Shown here piece by piece: positions 18,073 to 28,037 of a DNA stretch of 52,312 bases. The position numbers and the translations under genes were made by a program. The stretch spans positions 1 to 52,312 of the forward strand of contig JAEOSU010000028.1 of NCBI GenBank assembly GCA_016840165.1, in the 5' to 3' direction. Within the stretch, counting starts at the first letter, position 1. Each line of letters begins with the position of its first letter. The notes beneath the pieces were generated by a model. The model saw only the letters and a list, made by a program, of their open reading frames with translations, was not told where the DNA came from and did not search any database. The DNA is from Promethearchaeota archaeon. GTDB lineage: Archaea; Asgardarchaeota; Lokiarchaeia; Sigyniarchaeales; SOKP01.

Positions 18073-18789
18073 TTAAAGTCCCATGAGGGAAATCAGTTGA
18101 TCTATATTTGTACCATTTTTTGCGCTTGTAGTTAATACTTCAATATTGGGGTTTATTATTTTTGCATCCTTAACCATTTTATCGATATTAGTTCCTAAGC
18201 GCTCTTTTAAATCAACTTTATTAATAATCGCAATATCAGACATTTTAAAAAGCATTGGATGCTTTTCTATTACCCATTCTCCTTCTGTTATTGAAACTAT
18301 TACAATTCTTTTATCAGTTCCTAAGATGAAATCAGAAGGACAAATTAGGTTTCCAACGTTTTCAATAAAGAGGAGATCATATTTCTGTAAATCTTTATTT
18401 TTTATGATTTGATGAATATGATAGGCATTTAATGCACATTCACGTCCAGTATTAATTTGCACGGTTTCAGCATTATGGGCTTCGATGCGATCCGCATCGA
18501 CTCGAGTTGTGATGTCTCCACAAATTACCAATATTCTATAACGCGATTGTAATCTCTCTACAATTTGAGAAATTATTTCCGTCTTCCCAGCTCCAATCGC
18601 ACCCACTATATCAAACGATTTAATTTTGTAGCTTTTAAGATTAGCGTTAATTTTTGAGGCCAACTCCTCATTTTGCTTTTCTATTTGCTTTTTAGTTGAC
18701 ACCACGGAATCTCGTATCTCATCTGAAGATAAATTAATACTTTCTAATTCTTTTATCCGTGAAATCTCTTCTTCATTATTATTTTCCAT
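18073..18789 (-). CDS. hypB: Hydrogenase nickel-incorporation GTPase HypB
   Basis: GAIGAGKT, INTGREC, IENVGNLICP, INKVD. Confidence 0.9.
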   Translation of the reverse strand: MENNNEEEISRIKELESINLSSDEIRDSVVSTKKQIEKQNEELASKINANLKSYKIKSFDIVGAIGAGKTEIISQIVERLQSRYRILVICGDITTRVDADRIEAHNAETVQINTGRECALNAYHIHQIIKNKDLQKYDLLFIENVGNLICPSDFILGTDKRIVIVSITEGEWVIEKHPMLFKMSDIAIINKVDLKERLGTNIDKMVKDAKIINPNIEVLTTSAKNGTNIDQLISLMGL

Positions 18790-18850
18790 AATTAAACTCT
18801 AATTGTTAATCTTGACATCAATAATACTTCATTGAAAAAAAATAATTTGT

Positions 18851-19750
18851 TTATTTATCAAACCTTAAAATTATTATATTCGCCAATAAAACGAGGGAGC
18901 CTCCAATGATGGTAAAGATTGACAGAGAAGGAAAAAAAAATAAATTAATTACAACGGAGACGATGATCTCAGAATAAGAGAGAATGACAATGTTCCCTCC
19001 TTTATCATTCTTCACACCAATATTATAAAGAGTAAAAGCAAAAGCAGTAGGGATAAAACCTAATAATAAGCTGATGAGAAGATCATTTAAAGTCAATTTA
19101 AATACATCATTAATCCCTAGAGGAAAGAAGATAATTACAAGAGAGAGGGTTGAAAACCAAGTTAAAAAAATATCAAAGTTTCCTACTGTATTCAATTGTG
19201 AGTTGGTTTTTTTTCGTTGATTATAAATTTTTTTCTTGGAAAAAATCAATATCCCTAGAGTAAAACCGGAGAGCAACCCAAAAATTAATCCATATGATAA
19301 CAGATTGCCCGTCCAAAACTCCATAATTATGGAGACACCTACAATTGCGAGGATAAAACAAAGATAATTCAATTTCGAAATCTTCTCTTCTCTTGTAAAA
19401 GTTAGAAGGAGTAAAAGATACAACCCGCTTGTATATAATAGAAATGCGGCAAATGCCGAACCTGATAATTGAATGGTCATAAAATAGAATAAGATAACTA
19501 GAGGGTTCGATATGGCGATAATTATCAAATACTTCCAATAATCCTTAAATGATCGAGAAATAAAACCAAAAGAAAAAGATTTGGTAAGCAACATTAAGAT
19601 TGTGAGGAAAAAGGTTCCAAAAAGACCTCGGAATAAAACTACAGAATAGATAGGATATTTTTGTAAGAGGATAATGAAAAGACCAACACTTCCCATAGAA
19701 ATTCCGGAAAGGAGCATAGATATTTTAGAAATTGTTGGAGTGACTTTCAT
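18851..19750 (-). CDS. DMT/EamA family transporter
   Basis: Ten TMs; GFIPTAFAFTLY, LSYSEII. Confidence 0.85.
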   Translation of the reverse strand: MKVTPTISKISMLLSGISMGSVGLFIILLQKYPIYSVVLFRGLFGTFFLTILMLLTKSFSFGFISRSFKDYWKYLIIIAISNPLVILFYFMTIQLSGSAFAAFLLYTSGLYLLLLLTFTREEKISKLNYLCFILAIVGVSIIMEFWTGNLLSYGLIFGLLSGFTLGILIFSKKKIYNQRKKTNSQLNTVGNFDIFLTWFSTLSLVIIFFPLGINDVFKLTLNDLLISLLLGFIPTAFAFTLYNIGVKNDKGGNIVILSYSEIIVSVVINLFFFPSLSIFTIIGGSLVLLANIIILRFDK

Positions 19751-19836
19751 GATATAATATGTGTAAAACGCGTTAAATAAATTAGCTTAATAATATTTTA
19801 AATGCATTGGATTTTATAAAATGATATAAAATATGA

Positions 19837-21165
19837 CTAATCAACTCTCGCTCCACAATTAGGACATATATGAACATTTTGTAAGGTTGCTCCACAAATC
19901 TTACATAATTTTATAGTCCTCTTCTTTGGTGGTTTTAGCGAAGTTATAGATATGGCTTTATTAGCTTCAGATAAATTTTCCCGAACATTTATGACAGTCT
20001 CAGTAACTTTTAGAACTTTATTTTGATTATTATTCTTAGGTTTTATTATAATTTCTTGACCGAAATACCCTCCGATTCTCACTTTTTTTTCTGTTTCAAC
20101 CTCTATCTTACTCTCCTCAGCTACATCTTCAATTGGCTCCAAATAATCCTCTTCAGAAAGATCTTCCTCTTCAATTTCCTCCTCAATTATATCCAACTGG
20201 GCTTCTTCTTCAGTTATTTCTTCTCCATCGGATTTATATTCCTCTTCATAGATTAAATTCACGAAATCTTCATCAAGTTTGAGTAATGTATCACATTGTA
20301 AGCATCGAAATATATGTCTGAAGCCTATATTATTTTTAATCGAATAATGAGCTGCGCAGCAAGAATGGTATTTTACATCACAATTATAACATTTAAGAAT
20401 TTGATCAGAGTGAAGTTCACAGACTGGACATAGTTCTTGTTGGCAGATATCACATACCTCCTTATCTTCAGAATCGAGAGATATTAAATCAACTGCTAAT
20501 CTTTCATAAAAAATTTTATCCTCCCTGAGTACAGGATGTTGTTCACTTGGCTGTATAACGGTGAATTCAGTTTTATTTTGAACAAGAGATCCAAGTATGT
20601 TGGGAAATATTTTAGGATCCTTGCAGTAAAAGACCCCGCTATGTGTTTCTGAAGAAATCACCTTTAATTTCACATCATCATCGTAAAACTTGCTATCTCC
20701 TACACGAATGATATCAATAAAGGCGTAAAAATTTCTAGCTTTAATTAATAAGTCATAAAGAGCATTATGATAATCTTCAGATAAGGTACTAGGAACATCC
20801 GATATAATGATTACACGATAATTTTTTCTAGATTCTTGGCTTTTTCGAAAAATATATGCCAATATCTCGAATAGACCATTTTCAAGGAAGCTTTGACCAG
20901 TTTCACGTGTATCCCATTTATCATTTAATTGATCAAGAATTTTATCTGAATCTTTTTCATCATAAACAGTAATGGGATTGGTATTCTCTTGAAAAATTAC
21001 TAGCCCATAGGAGGTTAAAATGTTAAAGTTGTTTTTTTCCTTTATAAATGAACTTATCCCCTTTAGAAGTGTTTTTTTTTTAAGGTAATCAGTGATAAGA
21101 TCGATGTAAAAAATGAATTCCTCCGAATTTATCGAAGGTTTTCTAAAAGCTTTAACATCAGACAT
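19837..21165 (-). CDS. vWA-fold + cross-brace (PHD/RING-like) Zn finger + acidic linker + Zn ribbon protein
   Basis: vWA strands FIFYID, YGLVIF, RVIIISD and IDIIRVG; CxxC-CxxC-CxxC-HxxC-CxxC; C-terminal CKICG...CPNCG. Confidence 0.75.
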   Translation of the reverse strand: MSDVKAFRKPSINSEEFIFYIDLITDYLKKKTLLKGISSFIKEKNNFNILTSYGLVIFQENTNPITVYDEKDSDKILDQLNDKWDTRETGQSFLENGLFEILAYIFRKSQESRKNYRVIIISDVPSTLSEDYHNALYDLLIKARNFYAFIDIIRVGDSKFYDDDVKLKVISSETHSGVFYCKDPKIFPNILGSLVQNKTEFTVIQPSEQHPVLREDKIFYERLAVDLISLDSEDKEVCDICQQELCPVCELHSDQILKCYNCDVKYHSCCAAHYSIKNNIGFRHIFRCLQCDTLLKLDEDFVNLIYEEEYKSDGEEITEEEAQLDIIEEEIEEEDLSEEDYLEPIEDVAEESKIEVETEKKVRIGGYFGQEIIIKPKNNNQNKVLKVTETVINVRENLSEANKAISITSLKPPKKRTIKLCKICGATLQNVHICPNCGARVD

Positions 21166-21301
21166 AAATTAATTCATTTTACACATGTGATAAAATTATA
21201 TATGAATAATGTGAGAATTTTTATTTATTTTTATTGATAATTCCATTCTTTCCCAAGAAAAATAATATTAATTGTATAAGGGAGTAGATGTAATTTTCAT
21301 A

Positions 21302-22645
21302 TCAATCTAATTTATGACCACAAAATGGACATATATCTCCTTTCCTAAAATCCGAGGCAAATGGCGTCCCACATTCAGGACAGGAATTAATTTTTTTTTC
21401 CGTATCTACGAGGACAGTTGAAGATTCTTTATTAACTAATTGATTCCGTTCGCTTAGTTTATTCCCTCCAGAAATATCTTGATGCGTTTTTTCCTTCTGA
21501 TATACTAATTTATCCCCGATTTTTTGTACAGTGTAAAGTTTACCAAAATATCCCCCAATTCTAACAGTTCGTGGTTTTCTTTCTGAATATGTTGTTTTCC
21601 CAGATGAGGAAGAATACCCAATTTCTTTATTATTCTCTAAATCTTTAACTTGCGGAATTGGTTTAAAGCGTATTTCGGTTTCAATTTCTTTGCTATCTTC
21701 CAACTCTAGATATTCCTCTGCAGAATCAATTGAAGCGTCTTTAGGCCTAACAATTTCATCTTGATCAATTTTTAAAAGCACATCACATTTTGGACAACGA
21801 AAAATATGAGGTATACCAATATTGTTTTGAAGAATATAATTAATTAAACAACAATTATGAAAAGCTGAGGAGCATTCTGGGCAGATCTTAGGGATATCAT
21901 TAACACTAGCACAAACCGGACAAATCTCTTCTGAACAAAAATGACATTTTTGAGTTATAGATGCATCAGGGGATTCTATAAGTTCCTTGGCCAATTGGGA
22001 GTAAAATTCATAATCACTGCGATTAATTTTAATCTTTTCCGATCTTTTATATTCAAAGATATCAACCGATTCTTTAGATTGAATTAGTTTTTTAATAACC
22101 TGTTTAAATTCATCTTTATCCTTTATATAAAAAATCTTCCCCTTGGTATCATTGGCAAGTATATTTAGTTTAACATCATCTTTAAAAAATCGGTCTTCTT
22201 TTTCAGAAATTCTTATGATATCTATATAAGTTGGAAAAAACTTAATTTTTGACACGATATTAAACAATGCATCGGTATAATCTTCAGAAAGATCACTTGG
22301 AGTGTCAGTAATCACGATAACACGATAAGTTTTTGACTTCTTTCGTACGGTTTCGGCGATGTAAGAAAAAATATAGAACAACCCATTTTCAAAAAATGAC
22401 TTTTTTTTTGGACGTGATTTCCAATTTTCATCAACTGCTTTTAAGATAATGTTCGAATCCTTTTTATTCGTTAAAAATATTGGATTACCCTCATCTTGGA
22501 ATATTAACAAGCCATAATGTCCGTTGATATTAATTTTATTTTTTTCTGAGATATAATACTTAATAGATCTAATAATGTCTTTTTTCTTAAGAAGCTCCTT
22601 GGTTAAATCTAAATATATAAATACATCCTCGTGGGAACTTTTCAT
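21302..22645 (-). CDS. Paralogous vWA + cross-brace Zn finger + Zn ribbon protein
   Basis: Co-linear with 19837-21165 (ENGLF, LSEDY, DDVKL, NNIGxxHIFRC, VRIGGYFG). Confidence 0.75.
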   Translation of the reverse strand: MKSSHEDVFIYLDLTKELLKKKDIIRSIKYYISEKNKININGHYGLLIFQDEGNPIFLTNKKDSNIILKAVDENWKSRPKKKSFFENGLFYIFSYIAETVRKKSKTYRVIVITDTPSDLSEDYTDALFNIVSKIKFFPTYIDIIRISEKEDRFFKDDVKLNILANDTKGKIFYIKDKDEFKQVIKKLIQSKESVDIFEYKRSEKIKINRSDYEFYSQLAKELIESPDASITQKCHFCSEEICPVCASVNDIPKICPECSSAFHNCCLINYILQNNIGIPHIFRCPKCDVLLKIDQDEIVRPKDASIDSAEEYLELEDSKEIETEIRFKPIPQVKDLENNKEIGYSSSSGKTTYSERKPRTVRIGGYFGKLYTVQKIGDKLVYQKEKTHQDISGGNKLSERNQLVNKESSTVLVDTEKKINSCPECGTPFASDFRKGDICPFCGHKLD

Positions 22646-22783
22646 CGAAAGAATAACCTAGCTACTAATAAATAAACTTAAGAGTATTAAACTTTAAATT
22701 TTTTTATCTTAAAATATTTAAAAATAAATAATTATATTTCTTATTATTAAAAGTAAGAAACTCCATTTTAACAAATTAATCTA

Positions 22784-24751
22784 TTGAGGATAAAAATGGA
22801 AGATTTTTTAAAACAGTTAAATCTCTCAGATAATGCAATCCAGATTTATATTAAAGGTTTAGGTAAAGCACCGCTTTCTTCTTTTGAAATCTACTCAATA
22901 GTTCCAAAATTGTCTGAAAAAGATTACAAGCAAACAATTAACGAATTATTAGAGCTTGGGCTTTTAGTCCCTATCCAATCTGATGACCCGGATATGATTA
23001 TGACCTATTTAGTAATCCCGCCTTTTAATCCCATTATTACCTACATTGCCAATATTTATGCTAATTTAGATAGTATTAAAAACCAACTTCATCAATTAAT
23101 GGCAAAGACCTTGAATAATACTCTTGAAAAGAATAGTTTAATAGAATTAGATACAATTTTTCAAGTTACTCAAGACATAAAAAGAGATATAGAAGAAGAA
23201 TCCATTATCCAAAAGCAAGACATCGAAGACATTGTACAGGGAATGGAGAACTTCAATATAATAAATGATGCTTTAAAAGATCTTCATCAGAGAGTTAAAG
23301 GGGTTACTCAAACTGAATTCTCTAATTTATTTAAAATGGTCACTAAAACTAAAGATGAAATCATTACACAATTAGAATATTTGGAGTTAAAAAAACACGA
23401 AGAACCTGTTAAAAAATTGATTGAAAGAATTTTTAAGCAAAATTCAGAAGATCTAATTAAAAACTTTACCACAAGATTGCATGAATCAATTGAAACAGAA
23501 TTCACAAATACGAGAGAGTCACTTGATAACATCATTAAGTCAATTTTTCAATTTAGGGACGATTTTAAGATGTTATTAGTTAATACTATTAATAATTATG
23601 AGCAGAAAATTAATAGGATCATCGATATGATTAAAAGCAAGAATACGGGATTAACTGAAGATTTACAGCAATTTGAAAAACTTATTTTAGATAATTTTGA
23701 GGTCGTTATCAAAAATTCTGTAGATTCTGTAGCTGCTCTTAATAATCCTATTGATAAAGTAATGAAAAGTTATTTTCATTCTTATGTTTCACCTGAGAAA
23801 ATCCAATTGTCTGATTTATGGTTTATTAATAGTATTTCAAGGGTAAATGAAAATGTTTTGAATTGGATTGCCAAATGCAATCGGGAAATCTTATTAATTT
23901 TACCGAAACTTGAGACTCATTTGTCGGCAGATTCTTTTAAAGGAGTAAACGCATCTGTAAAAATAAAGGTTGTCTCTTCAGAAGCTCATGTTAATAGTTT
24001 TGTTAAGAAGTTAAAAACCATTAAAAATCTGGAGTATCGAATGTTAAAGAATGATGAGATTGTCATTTTGAAAGGAGATCAAAAATATATACTTATTGGA
24101 ATCATCAAATCTAGTTCGGAAAATCCTCTAAATGATTTTATAGGATTTGCTACAAATAATCCCTCTTATTTTAACCTATTAAGTAACTTTGTTCTGTCAA
24201 TGTGGGAAAAAGGAAGTACCGAGTCATATCAAGCTCCTAAGTCAATTGGAACAAAAGTGGATGAGATTTCCTCCCCAAAATCGTTACAAACCACTCCCAT
24301 TAAAAAAATTCAGCCATCAATAGAAGTTCCAGAACATATTAAAGCAAAAAAAGTGTTACGAGAGGTTGTAAAATCACCCTTACAAGAAAAGGAACCAGTG
24401 AAAACTGAACTAGAAGCTTCAACAGTCATTTCAAATTTAACAAACCAAATACAACAACATGTAGATTTTGTTTCTAAAGCTCAGCCGAAACCTGGAGATG
24501 AAGCAGGTATTATGATTAATAATGCATTTAATAATTTGGCCCAGAAGCTTAACAGATTGAATGGAGAAGCATTTAGTCAGGAATTACAAAAGGTTGCTGA
24601 TCTTGTTTTAGAAAAGAAGGGTTTTTCAGTTACTTTACATAAATTACGTAGTACTATTAATCAATACAAAATGTTTGTTCATCCATTAAGTCAAGAAAAT
24701 ATCGCCCAAATAAAACAAGATTTTGAAGAGTGGAAAGCTAAGATTTTATAA
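22784..24751 (+). CDS. TrmB-like protein: wHTH + long helical/coiled-coil insert + TrmB effector-like domain + helical C-terminal domain
   Basis: LNLSDNAIQIY...LLELGLL...YLVIPP wHTH; heptad-rich middle; LWFINS...EILLILP...YILIGI. Confidence 0.65.
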   Translation: MRIKMEDFLKQLNLSDNAIQIYIKGLGKAPLSSFEIYSIVPKLSEKDYKQTINELLELGLLVPIQSDDPDMIMTYLVIPPFNPIITYIANIYANLDSIKNQLHQLMAKTLNNTLEKNSLIELDTIFQVTQDIKRDIEEESIIQKQDIEDIVQGMENFNIINDALKDLHQRVKGVTQTEFSNLFKMVTKTKDEIITQLEYLELKKHEEPVKKLIERIFKQNSEDLIKNFTTRLHESIETEFTNTRESLDNIIKSIFQFRDDFKMLLVNTINNYEQKINRIIDMIKSKNTGLTEDLQQFEKLILDNFEVVIKNSVDSVAALNNPIDKVMKSYFHSYVSPEKIQLSDLWFINSISRVNENVLNWIAKCNREILLILPKLETHLSADSFKGVNASVKIKVVSSEAHVNSFVKKLKTIKNLEYRMLKNDEIVILKGDQKYILIGIIKSSSENPLNDFIGFATNNPSYFNLLSNFVLSMWEKGSTESYQAPKSIGTKVDEISSPKSLQTTPIKKIQPSIEVPEHIKAKKVLREVVKSPLQEKEPVKTELEASTVISNLTNQIQQHVDFVSKAQPKPGDEAGIMINNAFNNLAQKLNRLNGEAFSQELQKVADLVLEKKGFSVTLHKLRSTINQYKMFVHPLSQENIAQIKQDFEEWKAKIL

Positions 24752-24765
24752 TTAGCTCAATTAAA

Positions 24766-25551
24766 TTATTTTTGATTAGAAGTGGTATTTTTTGATGTTT
24801 TGTATTTTACCACAAATCCATATAAAATGTAAATAAATAATCCGATAAAAATAGAAAGAAATATTATCGAAACTGTTATTGATATAATATAATTAGGATT
24901 CATAATTCCTATTATTCCGAAAATTGGGCCAAGAGGAGCGACTAAAAGGAAAATAACATATATAATTTTCCCTTTTTCGCCAAATGAAATATGAGTTGTA
25001 ATATTTAGCCATCCGATAAATATCAGGAAAAAAGGAATGAGAAAAGAGGTCAATACAGGAAAAATTGGATCCTGGAGAGGATAAGCCAAAGAATAGAAAT
25101 AATTGGCATAAAAATAGATAATGACTAGTAACGCACTAATTGGAGTAGGAACCCCCATATATCCGATACTTAAAGAAAGATTAAATCGCGCAAGCCTCAA
25201 AATTGCCCCTAAGGCAAAACATATACAAGCAATAAGTAGAATTACATCAAATAGTCCACTTGTTTTAAATGCTTGAAAGGTTAATATTGCAGGACTTATT
25301 CCAAATGTTAGCGAATCACTTAAGGAATCAAGTTGCTTTCCCATCTCGTTAACCGTACCCGTTTTTCGAGCGATATATCCATCAATTAAGTCCGTTCCTA
25401 ATGCGATCGTCACCAAGAAGAATCCTAAGGATATTGCATTTTTGTTTCCTACACAACCACAAACTAGCGAGATGATCCCTAATGTTGTACCAGTAATAGT
25501 AATATAATCCTTGAGCTTAAGGAGCTTAGGTATCGCGTAGTCTGAAACCAA
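24766..25551 (-). CDS. pssA: CDP-alcohol phosphatidyltransferase (archaetidylserine synthase-like)
   Basis: DLIDGYIARKTG...GKQLDSLSD, LRLARFN, GVPTP. Confidence 0.85.
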   Translation of the reverse strand: MVSDYAIPKLLKLKDYITITGTTLGIISLVCGCVGNKNAISLGFFLVTIALGTDLIDGYIARKTGTVNEMGKQLDSLSDSLTFGISPAILTFQAFKTSGLFDVILLIACICFALGAILRLARFNLSLSIGYMGVPTPISALLVIIYFYANYFYSLAYPLQDPIFPVLTSFLIPFFLIFIGWLNITTHISFGEKGKIIYVIFLLVAPLGPIFGIIGIMNPNYIISITVSIIFLSIFIGLFIYILYGFVVKYKTSKNTTSNQK

Positions 25552-25718
25552 TTTCTTATTTCTCTTTATGGTTAATTATTTATTTAAAATCTTATTGAAA
25601 TTAAAATATTTCTCTCTTGTTACTATAAAATCTATATCGAGTAAATTTATTAGATAAAGCTACTATATAGTCATTAAATAATAATATTGTTAAATTTCTA
25701 TTCGAAAAGGTAAACGAT

Positions 25719-26462
25719 ATGGAATATTGTGATAATTGTGGCGCAAAAGTAAGTAGCGATCAGAGATTCTGTGAAAAGTGTGGAAATGAAATAAGACACG
25801 AACCCGTTAAAGAAGAATCCTCCGAACCTCAGGTCATAAAAGCCCCCAAAAAAGAAGGTGGTTTATTTGATTTAAACAGAAATTATTATATCATCAAGGA
25901 GAAAATGTGGGATTTAGGGTATGGAGATATAATGGATGAAAAAGGACAATTAATTGGAAGAATGAATCGAAAGATTTTCAGTATTCGCAGAAGGGTTGAA
26001 TTACAAGAACTTGATGGTACAGTGGTTGCAACCATACATAGTAAGATTGTATCTGCTCGTGGAGCCCAAGATCTTAAGACTCCCGATGGTCAACCAATTG
26101 CTCGAATAAAAAGGAAAATTTTAACTTTCTTTAGGCATGTATTTTATTTAGAAGAACCAGAAACTCGAACAAGATGGTATGAAGCAGAAGGAAACTTTAT
26201 GGGATGGTCATTTAAAATCTATGAGACTGCTACGAAAAAACTCGTCGCAGAAATAGAAAAAGCGGATAGATGGAGAGATGTTTTTCTCGGAGGATTATTC
26301 GATTATACCGATACTTATGCTTTAAAAATCTTGGATAAAATAACTGACAGAAGGATTCTCTTAGGTTTTGTTCTTAGTATAGACAATGTACTCCATGATA
26401 CTGGTGGTGGAGGTATAGCATTTGGTTCTGGTCCATTTAGAGGAAGAGGAAGAAGATTTTAA
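25719..26462 (+). CDS. Zinc-ribbon + LURP-one/scramblase (Tubby-like) domain protein
   Basis: CDNCG...FCEKCG; YIIKEKMW, GNFMGWSFKI, DTYALKI, VLSIDNV. Confidence 0.8.
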   Translation: MEYCDNCGAKVSSDQRFCEKCGNEIRHEPVKEESSEPQVIKAPKKEGGLFDLNRNYYIIKEKMWDLGYGDIMDEKGQLIGRMNRKIFSIRRRVELQELDGTVVATIHSKIVSARGAQDLKTPDGQPIARIKRKILTFFRHVFYLEEPETRTRWYEAEGNFMGWSFKIYETATKKLVAEIEKADRWRDVFLGGLFDYTDTYALKILDKITDRRILLGFVLSIDNVLHDTGGGGIAFGSGPFRGRGRRF

Positions 26463-26567
26463 CTATTTATTCCTATATTTTATTTATTTTATTTTGAGTA
26501 TTAGTATTTTATACAAATAAGTGTATTATATATTAATGGAATTAAAGTTCATTCCACGAGATTTGAT

Positions 26568-27878
26568 ATGACTAAGTATAAAATCTTGATATTTGGCCTC
26601 CCTAGGGTAGGTTTAACTATACTGCTTGGTGTAGAAGTATATACTGTTTTTGCCATATATACAATAGGATATAGTCTTACTCCATTCTTAGTTGGATTAG
26701 CATTGGGTATTGGATATTTTTGCACCGCTATCTTTTCATTTCTTTTCGGTTGGATTAGTGATAAAAAATATACGAAATTGGGGAGACGAAAGCCCTTTAT
26801 TTTTGTCTCGTCTCCATTATATGCTCTTTCATTTATTTTTTTACTTATGCCTTCATTAATTCTCCCCGATTTAAATGATAAACAATTATTATTTATTTGG
26901 TTATTAGTTTGGGAAAGTATCTTCCGAATCAGTTTAAGTGCAACTACTCCTTATCAAGCATGGTTGGCAGAACAGTTTGAAATCACCGAAAGACCAAAAG
27001 CGTCCCAAGTACAGAGTATATTTAACTTACTTGGAACATTGATTCTTTGGATCTTTAATTTTCTTATAATAACTGATGTATTAGATCAACTTGAAACTTC
27101 AGTAAATATTATCCCATACAGTTTCTCATTGCCATTAATAATTTTTGCGATAATTACTCTGACACTTTTATATTTGAATGTTTTTTTGATGCCCACAGAG
27201 CCATATTTTGAGATTAAATCCAATTTAGGGAAAATTTTAAAGACAAGTTTGAAAAATAAAGATTTTATGATAGTAAGTTTTATGTTGGGAATTTCTAGTA
27301 TAGCATGGTCCATAATTGCAGCCCAACTTCTTCCCTATTTCGATCAAGTTTTACAATATAGTCCATTTGAATATTTTATTAGTTTACTTATTGTGTTTGC
27401 GGCACTTGTGATATTCTTAGATATATGGAAAAGAATCATCAAGAAATATGGTAGAAAGCGCGCTATTACCTATGTATTTTATTTGGCAATCATAGTTTTA
27501 CCTTGTACCTTGATCAATTTGTTCCCCTTGAATTCTTATTTTGTTATCAATATAATTATCTTAACTGGAATTGGTGCATCTCTTGCGGGTTGGTTTCTAA
27601 TTCCAGCAGTTATATACGCTGATTTAGCTCAAGGTGACCAAGAAAAAACAGGTGAACTAAAAGCGGGTACATATACAGGATTACCTTTGATTTTTCTGAA
27701 TCTATTTCAAGCATTTGGAGTATTTATATTAGGATTAATTAATGAATTACCTTACATAAATGTTGGATCTAAATTTTATTCAATAGGTTTATTATTATGG
27801 GGGCCTATATGTTCGGCTATTTTAGGAGTATCGCTTATTTTTATTTGGAAATACGTCCAGATATCAGCTGATCAGTAA
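26568..27878 (+). CDS. MFS transporter (GPH/MelB-like)
   Basis: GWISDKKYTKLGRRKPF, TPYQAW, KYGRKR; about 12 TMs. Confidence 0.88.
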   Translation: MTKYKILIFGLPRVGLTILLGVEVYTVFAIYTIGYSLTPFLVGLALGIGYFCTAIFSFLFGWISDKKYTKLGRRKPFIFVSSPLYALSFIFLLMPSLILPDLNDKQLLFIWLLVWESIFRISLSATTPYQAWLAEQFEITERPKASQVQSIFNLLGTLILWIFNFLIITDVLDQLETSVNIIPYSFSLPLIIFAIITLTLLYLNVFLMPTEPYFEIKSNLGKILKTSLKNKDFMIVSFMLGISSIAWSIIAAQLLPYFDQVLQYSPFEYFISLLIVFAALVIFLDIWKRIIKKYGRKRAITYVFYLAIIVLPCTLINLFPLNSYFVINIIILTGIGASLAGWFLIPAVIYADLAQGDQEKTGELKAGTYTGLPLIFLNLFQAFGVFILGLINELPYINVGSKFYSIGLLLWGPICSAILGVSLIFIWKYVQISADQ

Positions 27879-28037
27879 ACTTCCAGATATTACATGGATT
27901 TTTTTTAGTTCCTCGATATTTAAAAATATTATAGATAACGGTAATTTTAAAAGTCCTATTTAAGACTAGGTTGTTAAGTATAAATTAGTATATTAGATCG
28001 ATTTATAGCTTGAAAATTACCATAAAGAGATGATCAA

